Shown piece after piece: positions 24,554 through 38,110 of a DNA stretch of 64,000 bases. The notes beneath the pieces were generated by a model. The model was not told the origin of the DNA and ran no database searches. It was given only the letters and a program-made list of their open reading frames with translations. Both the position numbers and the translations under genes were made by a program. The first letter of the stretch is position 1; each line of letters opens with the position of its first letter. Source of the DNA: Cirrosporium novae-zelandiae (Eukaryota); contig JAPETS010000054.1 in assembly GCA_026023565.1 (NCBI GenBank), positions 1 through 64,000 of the forward strand. Reading direction: 5' to 3'.

Positions 24554-25754
24554 CTACACCTCCCCAACGTCCCCAACCCTAGCCCACCCCCCCGTCTCCC
24601 TCCCCGCCCAAACCGCCAACCCCTCAACCGCCCTCTCCATACCCTCCACATCCCCCTCCCCCACGCCCAACCTCCTCAACCCCCTCAAATGCCAAACCGT
24701 CGGCGCCCACTGCCCCTGACACATAATACTCACCAACGTAACCAGCTCGGTATCCATTCCCGACAGCACGCTGTGGTCGGATAGATACATACCGTAGATT
24801 ACGTTCCGTTGAAGCCACTCGAAGTCTTGGCGGTGGGATCCCCAGGTTTCGAAGATGGGGGATAGGTTTTGCTTGTAGAGGGTTTGGAGCCAGGATGTGC
24901 CGCGGGCAGTTAGGGCGGGAGTTATTTGGGTGGTGGACCTGGTTGGTGAGAGGGGCGGGGGGTTAGATCTGGTTGATGGGTTTGAGGAGGGGAGGTCTTC
25001 TTCCTCCTTTCTTCGTGGTACATATATTCATTCATTCGTGGGGAGAAATGGATGAAAGGGTAATCGCTAGACACCCCCACCAAGCACGGTAATCCAACCA
25101 AAAACAAAAAGCAAAAAATAAAAGAAAAAAATAACCTCAACAAGAAGAAAGAAGAAAAAAGAAAAAAAACTCACCATTTCCCCTCCCCCTCTCCCTCTGC
25201 CCCATCCCCTTCCCCATCCCCTTCCCACAACCCCAACCCCTCCTCCGCCCCCGCAAGCGCCGCAACAGCCGTAACAACAACCGGAATCCCAACCAACACC
25301 CACCCCTTCATAAGCACATCTCGAAGCCTCACCAACACCTGTCGCAACTCCTCTTTCGATTCTGATTTCTGCTCTTGGCGGATATAGGTGAATAGAAGGC
25401 CGATTTCTGAGGGCTTGTTCAGGGCTACTAGGGATGCGGCCTATAGATAGTAGGGTAGGGTGGGTGTTAGTGGGTGTCAATAGGTGTTAGTAGGTGTGAA
25501 GTGAGATTGGTTTTTTGGAGAGGGGGGTGTGGGTTGTAGATGTGGGAAGTGAGGAGGGGGGGGGGGGGGATATAAATATATATATATATCATTATCATTT
25601 TGCACGCATCCAAGGACGTTTTCCCACATACAGCAATAATATACCAACTCTCCTGCTGAAACCTCACGGGGAGATTAGATCTGAAACTATCGAGGAGGGC
25701 TTTGAAGGACGGAGATAGAGTCGGAGACGGGGACGTGGAGGTAGATGTAGACAT
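24554..25754 (-). CDS. Carboxymuconolactone decarboxylase / AhpD-like protein; 3 exons
   Basis: Spliced reading ...QQESWYIIA/AASLVALNKPSEIG...RLRDVLMKGWVLVGIP...KW/STTQ..ARGTSWLQTLY...VIYGMYLSDHSVLS..DTELVTL...WHLRGLRRLG. Splice phases are consistent. Confidence 0.8.
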
Positions 25755-26819
25755 GGCTTATGGTCTGTTTATATGTTTATGTATCTATCTTCCGAAATTC
25801 CGAAAATGATTCTTCTAATTATGGAGTTGGAGAAGAGAGGTATTTATTTCACATGCAACATACACCACGGGTTTGTTTTTCTGTTTTTCTGTTTTTCTCT
25901 GTATCCTGGCACAAGCGAAGAGAAAGGAAGAGGGAGGGAGAGAGGTCGTAATATTACTGTGGGGGGGGGGGGGGACGGGACCTGATTTCTTACATGATTG
26001 CGGATTATATATACTATAGTACACATATGAATCATACTTTCCTTCGTCGAGGGGGGAGGGGAGGGTCGAACTACGGGTAACTAAATGGATTAGCGATAGA
26101 GTAAGCACTAGATATGATTGAAAAACGGGTTATTTTCTCAACCTCTGTGGATGATTAATTAGTTCGAAAAATACTTAGGTAGGTTGCTTTTGATTTACTA
26201 CAATACTACTACTATTGGAAGATTAATAATTGAAAGCTTGGGAGAAAAAAAGAAAGTGATTCAATTTCATTTTATATCAGTTACTGTAATTGACTTTTGC
26301 GACCGCCACCCGGTCCAAAGGAATAATTATTAAAATTGGAGAACCACCACAGTAATTAGCAGCATCCTGTTTAAATCATGATTGAACATTTATCTAACTG
26401 GGAGCTAGGAGGGAATAATGATTAGACACAACTCTAGGGCCGAAGTGGTTAGAAGTCAGATCTGATAAGATTAGTGGATATACCGAGGGAAATAAGGCTC
26501 ACTTTCCTACCTCACTTTAACAGGTTGCTATACGATGGACGCTGTAGTAACCGGTCCTGCCACCCATTACTCATATATCTTTGTAATGTCCCCAGTACTA
26601 TGGCCTGACTGAATTTGCATACATACGAGCATTTCTCGACAAACTCTGGAATATGATAGGAAGTCAACGTACCTTACGTCATGAGGGTGCAGCTTATTTC
26701 AGCATTTCTCGAGATGACGAAGTCTAACAATTCATACTACAAAAAGCCTCAGCCTTGACCATCTCTTTTCCAAGGTAACTACAGAATCCTGAGTTAATTG
26801 AACTCGTTACCTGCCCACC

Positions 26820-28131
26820 ATGGAAAATGCGGAGAGAGTCTTTCTAACCGGAGCAAGCGGCTTCGTAGCTTCTCACATCCTCTCGGAGTTAATTGAGGTC
26901 TGATATTGGCTCCATGTCTGTCTGTTGTGGTGTCAAATGCTGAACAAAATGCCGAATAGGCTGGCTATCTCGTCACGGCGAGCGTCAGAACCCCAGCCAA
27001 AGGTCGAGAAATTCTCAACCTCCATCCTGCATGGGAACCGAACATCACCTTTGTGTATATCCCCGACATAGCTGCAGAGGGCGCCTATAAGGATGTGTTT
27101 GAATCCAATGTCGACAAATTCGACTATATAGTCCATACCGCTTCTCCGGTTACCTTTAGCCCGTCTGATATCCAAAGGGATATCCTCGATCCGGCCGTAC
27201 AAGGGTAATGCCATTCCTGCCCAGCATTAAATCTCCAAATTAACAGTTAGGCAAGGACAATTGGCCTGCTCCATCAAACAAAAAAGAGCGAAGGGTCAAG
27301 ATTGAAACGGTTCGTTCTTTTAGGTAGCGCCGTTGCTGTACTAAACTCCTTTGAGGATGAGAGTGTAGCTGGTAAAGCCTATACGGAGGCTGATTGGAAC
27401 CCGGTATATTGCAGCCATATACTTTTCCTGTGCAAGACCATGGCTGGATATTAACTTACATGTTTTTCTAGGTAACAGCTGCCCAGGCCATCGAAGCAAA
27501 TGATGCAGTCCTTGGCTACAATGCTTCAAAGAAATTGGCCGAGAAGGCTGCATGGGATTTCATGGAAGAACACAAACCTGGTTTCGAGCTTACTGTCATT
27601 AACCCAGATATCATCATCGGTCCTATGCTGCAACCCGTAAAGAGTCCTAAGGCAGTTAATGAGACGAACATGTTTGCGATATACAACTTCCTCAATGGAA
27701 AATACACACAGATAGACGGTCTCAAATTCCCATTCTACCACTTTGTGAGTCCAATCCTGTCTCGACCAAATTATTCACGTTCGTTACTTATTATAATATC
27801 ATAACAGGTTGACGTCCGTGACGTGGCTCGCGCACACGTTCTCGCGCTCACAAATCCCGCTGCTGCCAACAAGCGCATTCTGCTTATATCAGGAGAAATT
27901 ACACCGCAGCTTGTGGTCAACATTATCCGGAAGAATTTCCCTGAGCTGCGGAACAGAGCGTACGAAGGTGAACCGGACCAGATTTATCCCAAGGGCGTAA
28001 AGCCGACCGGATGGGATACTTCAAGGAGCTATGAGATCTTTGGCTCTAGCTGGGGCTATATTGGTCTAGAAAAAAGTATTGTCGATACCGTGAACTCCAT
28101 ATTGCAGCTCGAGAAAGGGTGGAAGATGTAG
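26820..28131 (+). CDS. NAD(P)-dependent aldehyde reductase / epimerase-dehydratase (extended SDR, Gre2-like); 5 exons
   Basis: VFLTGASGFVASHI, VHTASPV, DPAVQGT, YNASKKLAEKAAW (YxxxK), VDVRDVARAH. Confidence 0.92.
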
Positions 28132-30984
28132 GTTAGGGCGTTGATTACAGATGGTTCATGCTATTTTTCGAGCTTATAGCGTCTGGTAGGCGGCTGCAAT
28201 GAAAATAGTCTGTAAAGTAGTACTATTTTGAGCTTGAGAATCGATCACTCTACTCATATGGGATTACCTTTCAGATGATCGAGCTCATCACTGTAGCTGA
28301 TATGTCCGATCACCGGACCAGCTTCACTTGGAACTAATACCCCACCTCCATTTCCTGAACAGAACACCTATCATAGAAAAATATTCCTTACCTCTAGATT
28401 CTTTACGAGCAGCCACTTTTAAGAGGTCATTCTCTCGTTAACCCCTCCTCTTGGAAGTATCGATTCGATGAACCGAGTAGAGTAAGCGTGGGCGAATCTA
28501 ATAGCGAAGATATCGTTGGCAATATCCTCGGGCTTGACGTGAACAGACTAAGCGGTGATTTCGTAGGTGTTTGTCCAAGAGTAGATATTATGAGATATAG
28601 GATATATTAGGTAGCTTCAGCCATGCCAAGGAAGGATTAAAAATAAAAATTGCAAGGCTGGGGAAGATGAGAGCTGAAGCAGGCTTGGAGCTTCCTAGTT
28701 CGATGTTTAGGTTGGCAGGAATTTGTTATGTTACCACATTCCCGAGTACCTGGATCTGGTAGGAGTTAATGTATACATTGGTCCTATTAGAAATTCTGTG
28801 GACGAGGTTGTAGGACAATTTATTTATGGAGCTTATACGATCGAGATTCATCGACAAGGTTCCCAATATTTCTATATCGAATAATATCTCATCAAAGTAT
28901 CTTCGCGTCGTTGAAAAGATTATCACGCGGTACCTTTCGCAAGCAATGTTTTGAAACTGTCTTTCTGAGCCTGACGGACAAAAGATTCTGGATGGAATCT
29001 TAAGTAAATTGTTAAATGGTAGACAGTATTGTAAATAGACCATCCTCAGGTCACTTCTGAAGATTAGAGGAACGTATCACAGAAAGATGAAATGATTCGT
29101 CTCATTCTAGATTTTGATAGAATCATGTTAAGGTAGAATGTAGTGAAATGCGTTCAATCTTCGTTATCACCTCTTGATGATTGTAGACGAGCTTGGACCC
29201 AGGATCAATATCGGGAAACTGGTCAAGTAAAAAGGTTGTTTATGCATTGGATACGCGTTAACGGTCCTCTGAGCAGCCAATGTCCAGCTGTCCCCATCTG
29301 TGTGCCTCGAATCAACTTTTAATACTCCCTCGAACCTTCATGGTACGATGCTAAGCTATATCCCAGAGGGAATGCAGGAGGCCAACACGTCTCCTAGCCT
29401 GTGCTAGCTACGCACAAACCCAAAGACAATTCCCAAGGGTTATCTAGCCTTCCACCATTCTTCACTATAGGAGGTAATGATTGTCACATAAAGTGAATGT
29501 ATAACTCTCTAGGGTGCTTATCCGGGGAAGCGGCATAAATTCAATCGCAAATCGTCCAAATGCAGAGGAAACACTTGTAGATGACTAGTTAGTCAAGGTA
29601 AGAAATTGAAACTCTCGGTGGAAAGGGAGAAAAGCAAAAAGCCTGATAAACAGAACAGTCAAACATACATATTACAGATCTCTTAGGTAAAATCACTTTT
29701 CATCAGATCATACACATTTATAGCTACCTCCATAACTTTTTATACAGCTTAGGACAGGACGAGATCTTGGTGGTATGCGCGAGCTCCATCTGGGGTCTCC
29801 AGGGATTGAACCTTAGTTAACAATCCGAGCTGTTCTTTGACTAGTCCCTCGCACAAAAAAGTTAGATGCCATGAAACAGCCGGGGCTTCTGTGCAGCGCA
29901 CGGCAGTTGGTCCCTCTTTATATCTTATCTTCTATATTCCCCAGAATCGCTTGTAGCTTGTGTTAGAGGAGATTCTCCAGTAAACTTCCACTTTTGACAG
30001 CTCGGTCGCCTGTGGCTAGCTGAATGATATTTGAAAGTTGGGATGATATTGTGCATGATGTAGCATAGCTACATATTTCTTATCTTTATGGTATCTGATC
30101 GCTCCAGGCCAATCACACCGCCCAACGATTGGAGAAAGGGACCACTACCACCGAACCAAGATGCCGGAATAACCATGGTAAATTTCATAGCAAAACCGGA
30201 GTTTGGGCTATGAAAGGAAAGAGTTCGTTGAATAAGATGAACGAAGTGGAGTTGGTATCAGTGTTACTTTGGCCATGTCGTTGTGGCGTTTTGAAGAGAT
30301 GGGGTAATGACAAGGGGGGGGGGAGTTTTATTGCGTGATCAACTTGGGCATATCTATATATCCATTAATTATTAACTAGCTAGGAGTAAGGCTCGACTTA
30401 GAGCTGTTACGAAGAGTGGATCAATTATTAATTATTAACAATTGGATTATTGTGATGGACATGGGGTTTCTAGAAGTTATAGATATAGAGATATGGATAA
30501 TTATGCGAAGGATTGATTGAAGGAAATGAAGAAAGTTTATTATTGTACCCGAAATGGCAGGAGGGCAAGACTAGGTTACCTAGGTAGGTACTTAGGTAGA
30601 TACCTAGGTACTCTTTCAATGTCCCGGTAATTTCCTCCTCACTCTCCACTCTCACCTCACTACTACATCCCATCGACCTAAGGTATGAACAAGGTAATGA
30701 TGGTAGTTTACATCTACAATAATTAATAAATATACACCACCCAACAATTGAACTAATTAGCCATTTCTATTTGCACACGCATATTCCTGAATGGACACAT
30801 TGAAAAAACTTTACTGTGGATAAATACCCGCTTCCTCATTAGGGAAAGGCTCACCTTATGAGCATGCTGTTTCGACCGAGAGTCCTCCCTGGACCCTCCC
30901 CCTCTGGTTAAATACCATGGTGCTGGACACCATGACAATTGTCCATGTACGAGAAAGACTACGTCAATTAATAAAATAATAACA

Positions 30985-31503
30985 ATGCCAAACCAGACTC
31001 ACTCGCGTATGGTCCTGCCACCTGGCACCAAAGCCTCCTCTGTCCTTGCTATACTTCACAACCATGGCAAAGTATTCACCATCAACGACTACGTCAAAAC
31101 CTATCAGCTTCTCGATCCTTCATCTCCCTTACGGGGCAATGCTCCTTCCGACGTTCCAGTTTACGAAATCGTCGAGGATATCCCTTACCTACCCTATGGT
31201 CTGTGGATGGGTACTGTGAGGTACATTGTTCAGATGCACAACCTTCCAGATGGCCTACACACGATAGTTCGCGCACCTGCTGGCGTGGCAACAAATAACA
31301 CATGGAAGATTGTCGCTGGCGATGAAAATGAACATGCTGGCGCCACCGAAGGTTCCAAGGATGACAAGCTGGTGCTTGAACAAACGTCGAAGATCGAGTG
31401 CAATCGACTTTATACCCTCTATGTTAAATCCACCTTGACAACAAGCCATGAGAGCTTTCACCGGAAATTGATCCAAAGCTTATACGAATCACATGAAACA
31501 TGA
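30985..31503 (+). CDS. Conserved fungal protein, DUF7053-like; intronless
   Basis: 172 aa with the pattern LPPG....VLAILHNH...YEIVEDIPYLP.GLW...NLPDGL.T.VRAPAGV....W...ECNR....YVK..L...H, recalled for this family. Confidence 0.7.
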   Translation: MPNQTHSRMVLPPGTKASSVLAILHNHGKVFTINDYVKTYQLLDPSSPLRGNAPSDVPVYEIVEDIPYLPYGLWMGTVRYIVQMHNLPDGLHTIVRAPAGVATNNTWKIVAGDENEHAGATEGSKDDKLVLEQTSKIECNRLYTLYVKSTLTTSHESFHRKLIQSLYESHET

Positions 31504-31997
31504 GATGGGATGTTATGAAGGAAACGGGGGTCATCGGTCTCTTTACTTTCTCAAGGGCGCTGTCTTGATGAACAGTGAAATTCTACATTATTCGGGGCGT
31601 CTGGTGAGCTTACGCTACCTGTGAAACTCCTGCGATCCTTTTAATTACCCGATTAATAATATGGCAATTATGGGATGACAGTACTATATGTTAGGATTGG
31701 CATGGTATTCGCAACGTTATTACTCAAATCTCTTACATAAGCAAGAATCGCAATCTTGCTGTCACTTTTCCAAACTTGAAATTTCCTCCTGGTAAAGATT
31801 AGCACAAAAGATGATTGGATAATAGCATATTTTTCAGCCTTTGCTGGTTACTACCGCTCTCCCACCACCTCTTTCTCCATGTACAGTTCTAGCGATTTAT
31901 GCTTGGTTCCCTGAATAAATGTCTGTCGCTCAGTCTTCCCTAGCATCTTAAGTACATTAGTTGATATGATCAATATCTAATAGCAGACTGTAGGAAA

Positions 31998-33713
31998 TCA
32001 AGTTTGGAATCTCCATCTCGGATCCTTGTCTCCCAACCAATCGTCTCCATCTGTTGAGTAGTCGAATCTCTCATCTCTTTCCCGCCTATCCCTTTTCTTA
32101 TTTTCCATAGCCAATAACCGCCATAGAATTCCTACAATCACCTGATTTGCAACCAGATAACCCAACGCAAAACCATGCCCCAAGAAGAATCTCGGACCAG
32201 CTCCATTCCTATATAATTGGGTTCCAAGCACCGCACCCAGGTTTCCAATGGATATCTGCATCGCATTCGAAGTTGCTCTCTTCATCTGCCCACTCACATT
32301 GTTCGCCGGCCAACTTAAAACGATGGCAGTGGCTGGGTATATTCCTGCAGCAGCGAGAATGGTTCCAAAATATGATATACCTGGGGTGGGACACGTAAGG
32401 AGGATGATATATCCGATCATTGCCAAGAAAGAAGAGGACATGATGAATGGAGCACGGAGGACGAGGCGTTCAGAAAATATCGCTGCCGTGACTGTAAGCA
32501 CTGTTGCAAGGGCGTATGGGGGAACGGTCAGAAGCTGTGCTTCAGCAGCCGAATAACCTAATTCTTTGATGATAGTCGGCTGTGAAAAGTCAATCCATGA
32601 GCCAACTTATCGACGGGGCGTAAAATTGGAACTTACAAGAAAAAGCGATAATGTATACAAAGGCAAGCTCATTGTATGGAACCCAAGCCCATAGAGCCAA
32701 CATTTAGGATCTTTGAGGGCCTCCCCAACATTCGACCAGGAAAACCTTTCATCTCTGGTAGCGTCACTATCATCCTTTAGTCGAGCATGAATAAATACTC
32801 TTTGATCCTCAGTCAAGAATTTTGCAGTCGCTGGATAATTTGCTATGAAATGATAGGCGCAGAGAGACACAAGACATGTGAAGATACCTTCCTATAAATA
32901 AAAACTGTGATTAGTCCCCAAGACCAAAGGAGCTGTGAAGCCGCATGCGTACCAAAATGAAAATCCAGCGCCAACCATTCAAACCAGCCACGCCTTTCAT
33001 ATGGGCGATTCCCTAAAATATGTTATGAGCCTCTGACTCTGATACGATTACATACTAGCATGCATACCCAGGCTAGTAAACCACCAAAAGCTCCAGCCAA
33101 TGACGCTGCAGAGAAAAATAGCGCGATACGATAACTTCGCTCGTTTCTCTTATACCACATACTCAAATAAAATACGACTCCTGGAAAGAGGCCAGATTCG
33201 GTGACCCCAAGGAAAAAACGAACGACAAAGAAACCAGTCAAGGATTGTATTATACCCATAAGGGTGGAGACGACCCCCCAAGCCAGTGTCAAGGTCGGTA
33301 GCCAGAATTTAGGGGTAGTGAGCTTCAAGGCAATGTTGCAAGGTAGCTACGTCTTGTCAGGACAAATGTCTATCTATTTACTATAGACGGACAATTACCT
33401 CGAAGAGAACATAACCGACAAAGTATAGTGTTAAGCCTGTCAAATATTGGTTGCCCGTCATATTGAGGTCCTCAGCCAACCCTTCAATCTTTGCATTAGC
33501 AACATTGCTGCGGTCAAGAAAGGACAGCAGATATAACACTGTTACTGCTGGAAGGAGCTTCAAATCAAGCTTCCTTAGAAGTGATTTTTCATTGATATTT
33601 GAAATCCCTTCTACATTTTCGATGTCTTGAGAAGTAGCACTTGGACCTGGAGAAACTGATCTCTTCTCAAGGTCTCTTGGTACCTTATTGGAGGTCTCCT
33701 TCTGGGTGGACAT
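31998..33713 (-). CDS. MFS transporter, anion:cation symporter family (Tna1/Dal5-like); multi-exon
   Basis: KLDLKLLP...LSFLDRSNVANAKI.GL..DL, RFFLGVTESGLFPG..FYLSMWY.R.E...RIALF, GWRWIFI.EG, W.ANN..GQMKRA, PRWRFQT. Confidence 0.93.
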
Positions 33714-35229
33714 GTTGAGGGCGCAAGGACAGAGCCCAACGGGGATATATATGAGCAGCAAAAGAAATAACTTCTAGATTGGATGAAGACTGAGAGAATG
33801 AAGAGCGGGCCTGCTCTCTTTCAATCCAAATTATGAATGAGAAACAGGATAGCCATAGGAGAATTAATTATGGAGGTAAGAGGAAAGCTGATTCCCTAAC
33901 AGCTAATAGATCCCGTCATGCATCAGCTCAATTGCCGTAAATGCATGGTTTTATAAAGCGAACCCTCCATCATTGACAGACCTCTATCGACCTATTATGA
34001 TGATGATATAATCACAATTTACCAAGGTAGATGTCTTCTGCAAAGGATATTAAAAATACGATTGGTCAGGATGATCTTGGTTTTTCGACAAATATTCTTT
34101 CTGGATGTCGTGATGATCGACGTACGGAACGTTATGTCATCTTGAACCTTGTGCTCTCCTACTGCACAGTACAAGAGTACTTCTCCCTAACTTATCTTTC
34201 GTCAGTCTTAATGAGACCTACCTATAAATTTCATCCGGACAGTAACCTCAAACGTTCAATGTATTTAGTGGTTGATTGCACAACAAATTACCGATATTCA
34301 ACAACTAGGACCTTCCGACACCCTGGCTAACAAGAACCTATAGATATGCGTCTATAATCAAATTGCCATGGCCTATCTAATACGAACCCGGCTTACAGAC
34401 TGTTCCCCAAGCTTACACCTTGAGTATATTTATTGTTGATGGATGATGGTGAGTTTGGCTCAAGGTTTGCGACATGGTTACAACCTATTGGGAACGGGCG
34501 ATCTTTAATATCAGGAACATGTTGTTGTTCTCTTTTTTCTCCCCTAGCCATGAGCTGGATAGTTAGAATTGTCTAGTCTTTATATTTCCTGTTGTTTGAG
34601 ATGCAGCGTTTGTACCACAATGGGATATTTCGATATCAATTTCAAGACCCTAAAGCTAATTACTACCAAGATTAAGTGACTTGAGCAATAAAAAGACAAT
34701 GTCCGACACAATTCTTAAAGCTAATGATTTTGAAATATAGGCGCCTAGCTATCTAAATATTTCTTCCCTATGGCTACTGTCGGGGGTCAGAGAAGTTTGC
34801 ATCTCCGACACCACCAAAATGTCCGATGCATGGGGGTTTATCGTCGGAGATGCAAACTTCTGAACCCCGACAGTATTTATGTTATATCCGAAGGGGCCTG
34901 TTTGACTTCGGCAATGATCGGGCCGATTAACCGAGTTCTCCGTCATATCCACCATCGTCCCTCTATCTCCACCAATCCTACAGTCCTCTCTACCTCACCG
35001 CGTCATATTTTCATTTTCTAAAAGTTCCACTTATTCTTCTCTGGTAGTGTTGAGAAGTGCTAGTTATGAAGCTATTTGCCTTATTGCCTCCCTGCCTTTT
35101 AATTTTTTGCCTTTTATTGTCATTTCCTGCTCGTCATGAATATTAGACTGTTGAATATTTCCATCGTAGTGGTACGCATTTATTATTGAATCAATTTATC
35201 TACATTGAAATATTAACCATTATAAAAGG

Positions 35230-37321
35230 ATGGTTCGAGAACATCGACAAGGGCCACTATCCAGCCACAATGATCAAAATTCGTCCTCCTTGACCTCAAG
35301 CACAATCCCAGCATCCGAAATTTCCAGGAATGTTGGGTCAACTGCACATGATGTACTAGATCTAGAGAAAACGCCTACAAACTACAGTACGGCTAGTCGA
35401 GCAATCCAGCGTATACAAACAGGAGGAGAATCGGTTATCTCACGTCTACGGAGTCGACCTAAATCCACCTATTTCTCACATCCGTTGACACATCAAAAGA
35501 CATTAGACGATGTCATCGTCGACTTTGATGGACCAGATGATCCTTATAGGCCCGTGAATTGGCCGTCCAAGAAGAAGATTACCACTACGCTGTTGTATGG
35601 ATTTACAACAATGTGGGCGACCTGGGCTAGCAGTGTGTAAGCTTACCAATCTTAATTCTGTTTTCCATACCTTTTTAAAGGGGAGGAACAAAACGACCGA
35701 TCCAGAAACAACAGAATGGCTCAATTCATTTTGGAGAGGCCTTCATACAAAACCAATTTCAATAAACATCGGTTGGAATCATCGCCTAGTTTTGCTTAGA
35801 GACTCAAGGCCTGGAAAAATTATAACCGGCTATTATTCAAATCGATCTTCATTGAAATTGATTTTGTTTAAAGACTTCCCCAAAGCGTGATGTGAAAATC
35901 GCGTTTAGATCTAGTCGTTCTCATGCTATCTATCAAAAGCAGACCTTCAACAACCTCGTGCTAATTTCTTTAGATATGCTCCTGCAGTGAACCAAATATC
36001 CCATGAGTTTCAAGTGGGGACCGAAGTCTCCCTGCTTGGTCTGTCTCTTCTTCTTTTTGGCTTCGGGGTAGGACCTTTACTTTGGGCCCCCCTTTCCGAA
36101 GTCTATGGCCGCAAACCGGCTGTCTTGGCACCATACTTTATCGCTGCCGTCTTCTCGTTTGGTTCAGCGACGGCAAAAGACATCCAGACCCTCATGCTCA
36201 CTCGTTTCTTCTCAGGTTTCTTTGGTGCTGCTCCAATCACTAATACAGGTGGTGTTCTCGGTGATATCTGGGCTGCTGAACAGCGTGGCGTAGCCTTGGT
36301 AGTATATGCTATGGCAGTAGTTGGAGGTGAGACATTCGATACTTGGCCTGTTGAATATTGAGCGCCTGAAAAATATTTATGCTAATACTGTATTTGTCTA
36401 GGTCCTGTTTTTGGCCCAATAGTCGGTGGTGCCATCGTACAGTCCTACCTCCGTTGGCGATGGACAGAATACATAACCGGAACCGCAATGCTTTTCATCC
36501 TTTTCCTTGATGTTCTCCTTCTAGACGAGTCATACCCGCCTGTACTCCTCGTTTATAAAGCCCGACGTTTACGCCATGAGTCTGGCAATTGGGCACTTCA
36601 TGCAAGACACGAGGAGTGGGATGTCAACCTCCGTGACCTAGCAGAAAAGTTCCTAATCCGCCCCTTCCAAATGTTGGCAACCCCGATCTGCTTTTTCGTC
36701 GCCTTATATGCCGCGTTTGTATATGGCATCCTATATTTAAATCTTGCAGCCTTCCCGATTGAATTCGAAGAAACTCGGGGTTGGAATCAGGTAGTTGGTG
36801 AGCTGCCTTTCCTGGCAATTTTCCTCGGTATCTTAATCGGCGCGGTCTTGAATATCGTCAACCAAAAGTTCTATGTGCGGAGATTAAAAGCAAATAACTA
36901 TCGCCCGGTCCCAGAAGCACGTCTTCCACCTATGATGGCTGGTTCCGTTTTGTTCGCAGTAGGTTTGTTCATTTTTGCTTGGACGAGCCCTAAGGACATT
37001 CATTGGATTGCGCCCTGCATCGGCGCCATGTGCATTGGCTTTGGATTCTTTACAATCTTTCAAGCTGCTTTGAACTACTTGGTTGACACATTTCAAATGT
37101 ATGCTGCAAGCGCGATTGCCGCGAATACTTTTCTACGGTCCATGTTTGCTGGTGTTTTCCCGTTATTTGTAAATCCCATGTTCCATAATTTGGGTATCCC
37201 CTGGGCTGCGAGTATCTTGGCATTTTTTGCCGTTGCATTGATTCCCATCCCATATTTGTTTTATATCTATGGGAAGAGAATACGCGCTCGGGGCAAGTGG
37301 AGTGTTGAGTCGACCTTGTAA
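35230..37321 (+). CDS. MFS drug:H+ antiporter DHA1 family (Tpo/Flr1-like); 3 exons
   Basis: VDFDGPDDPYRPVNWPSKKK, GPLLWAPLSEVYGRK, WRWTEY, ESYPPVLL, PEARLPPMM, AASAIAANTFLRS. Confidence 0.93.
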
Positions 37322-37652
37322 ATGGATTAGAGTCAGACTCGGATGATTAGCTTATTTTTGATAGTTATACATATAGCATAGGACTCTTGAGCGCTTTCTG
37401 GAGAATAAGGGTTTAATGATAAGATAAGTTGCAAATCAGAGCATCAGGGATTTAGCCTAATCAAGGGCTGTGCGTCTGCAGGTGTTGAAAACTCGTTAGT
37501 CTTTGCCAGAGGTATTAGGACGAGGGTCAGTAGTGGATTTCTGCTTATTTCTCGGCACCACGTCGTTCTTAAGATTCGATTGGACCCTATGATCACAATC
37601 AATTTCATGGCAATTATTCTTTTGTCAAAAATTATCGGTCACAGCTATAACA

Positions 37653-38110
37653 ATGAGATTACTCAATGCCCGGACGTATAAGCTTGAGAACTTTGAAGTT
37701 CGGAATGTGCTCCGCCGTATGCGATTTTGTCCCATACATAGGGCGAAGACAGAGGGGAAATGCTAATGGGAGATTTGCAACCTTATGAATATGACGTTTG
37801 CGAATTAGCCAACAGCATGGACACTTTACGAACACAGGTCACGAGAGGTAACAATAATCTCTACGAGCATCTGGCAAAGTTAGACCCGGTACAATCTTAG
37901 CACCGAGTCGTATGGAAAATAATTAACAGGAACACAGCTCTGGCGCGCAAAAAAGAAAAGATTGTGGTCCAAGATCGGGAATTGCTATCGCGTGGCACTT
38001 GATTATAGATTGTCCTATGTCTGGATTGACACTTGTTGTATAGACCAGAAGTCTAGTGCTGAGCTGTCCGAATCCATTAATTCGATGTTTTCTTGGTATG
38101 AAAATGAAAT
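37653..38110 (+). pseudogene. HET (heterokaryon incompatibility) domain gene remnant
   Basis: MRLLNARTYKLENF, frameshift, PPYAILSHT*GE (conserved Trp replaced by TAG at 37739), then WSKI..C...A....LSYVWIDTCCIDQKSSAELSESINSMFSWYE. Similarity ends abruptly after this. Confidence 0.88.

Noticed and set aside
28440..29400. Minus-strand ORF fragments as a gene or transposon relic
   Set aside because: No family motif recognised; cannot be supported without a search.
29791..29830. tRNA-like 3' end on the minus strand (AGGTTCAATCCCTGGAGACCCCA)
   Set aside because: B-box-like T-loop only; no matching 5' acceptor strand or D-arm, so no cloverleaf can be built.
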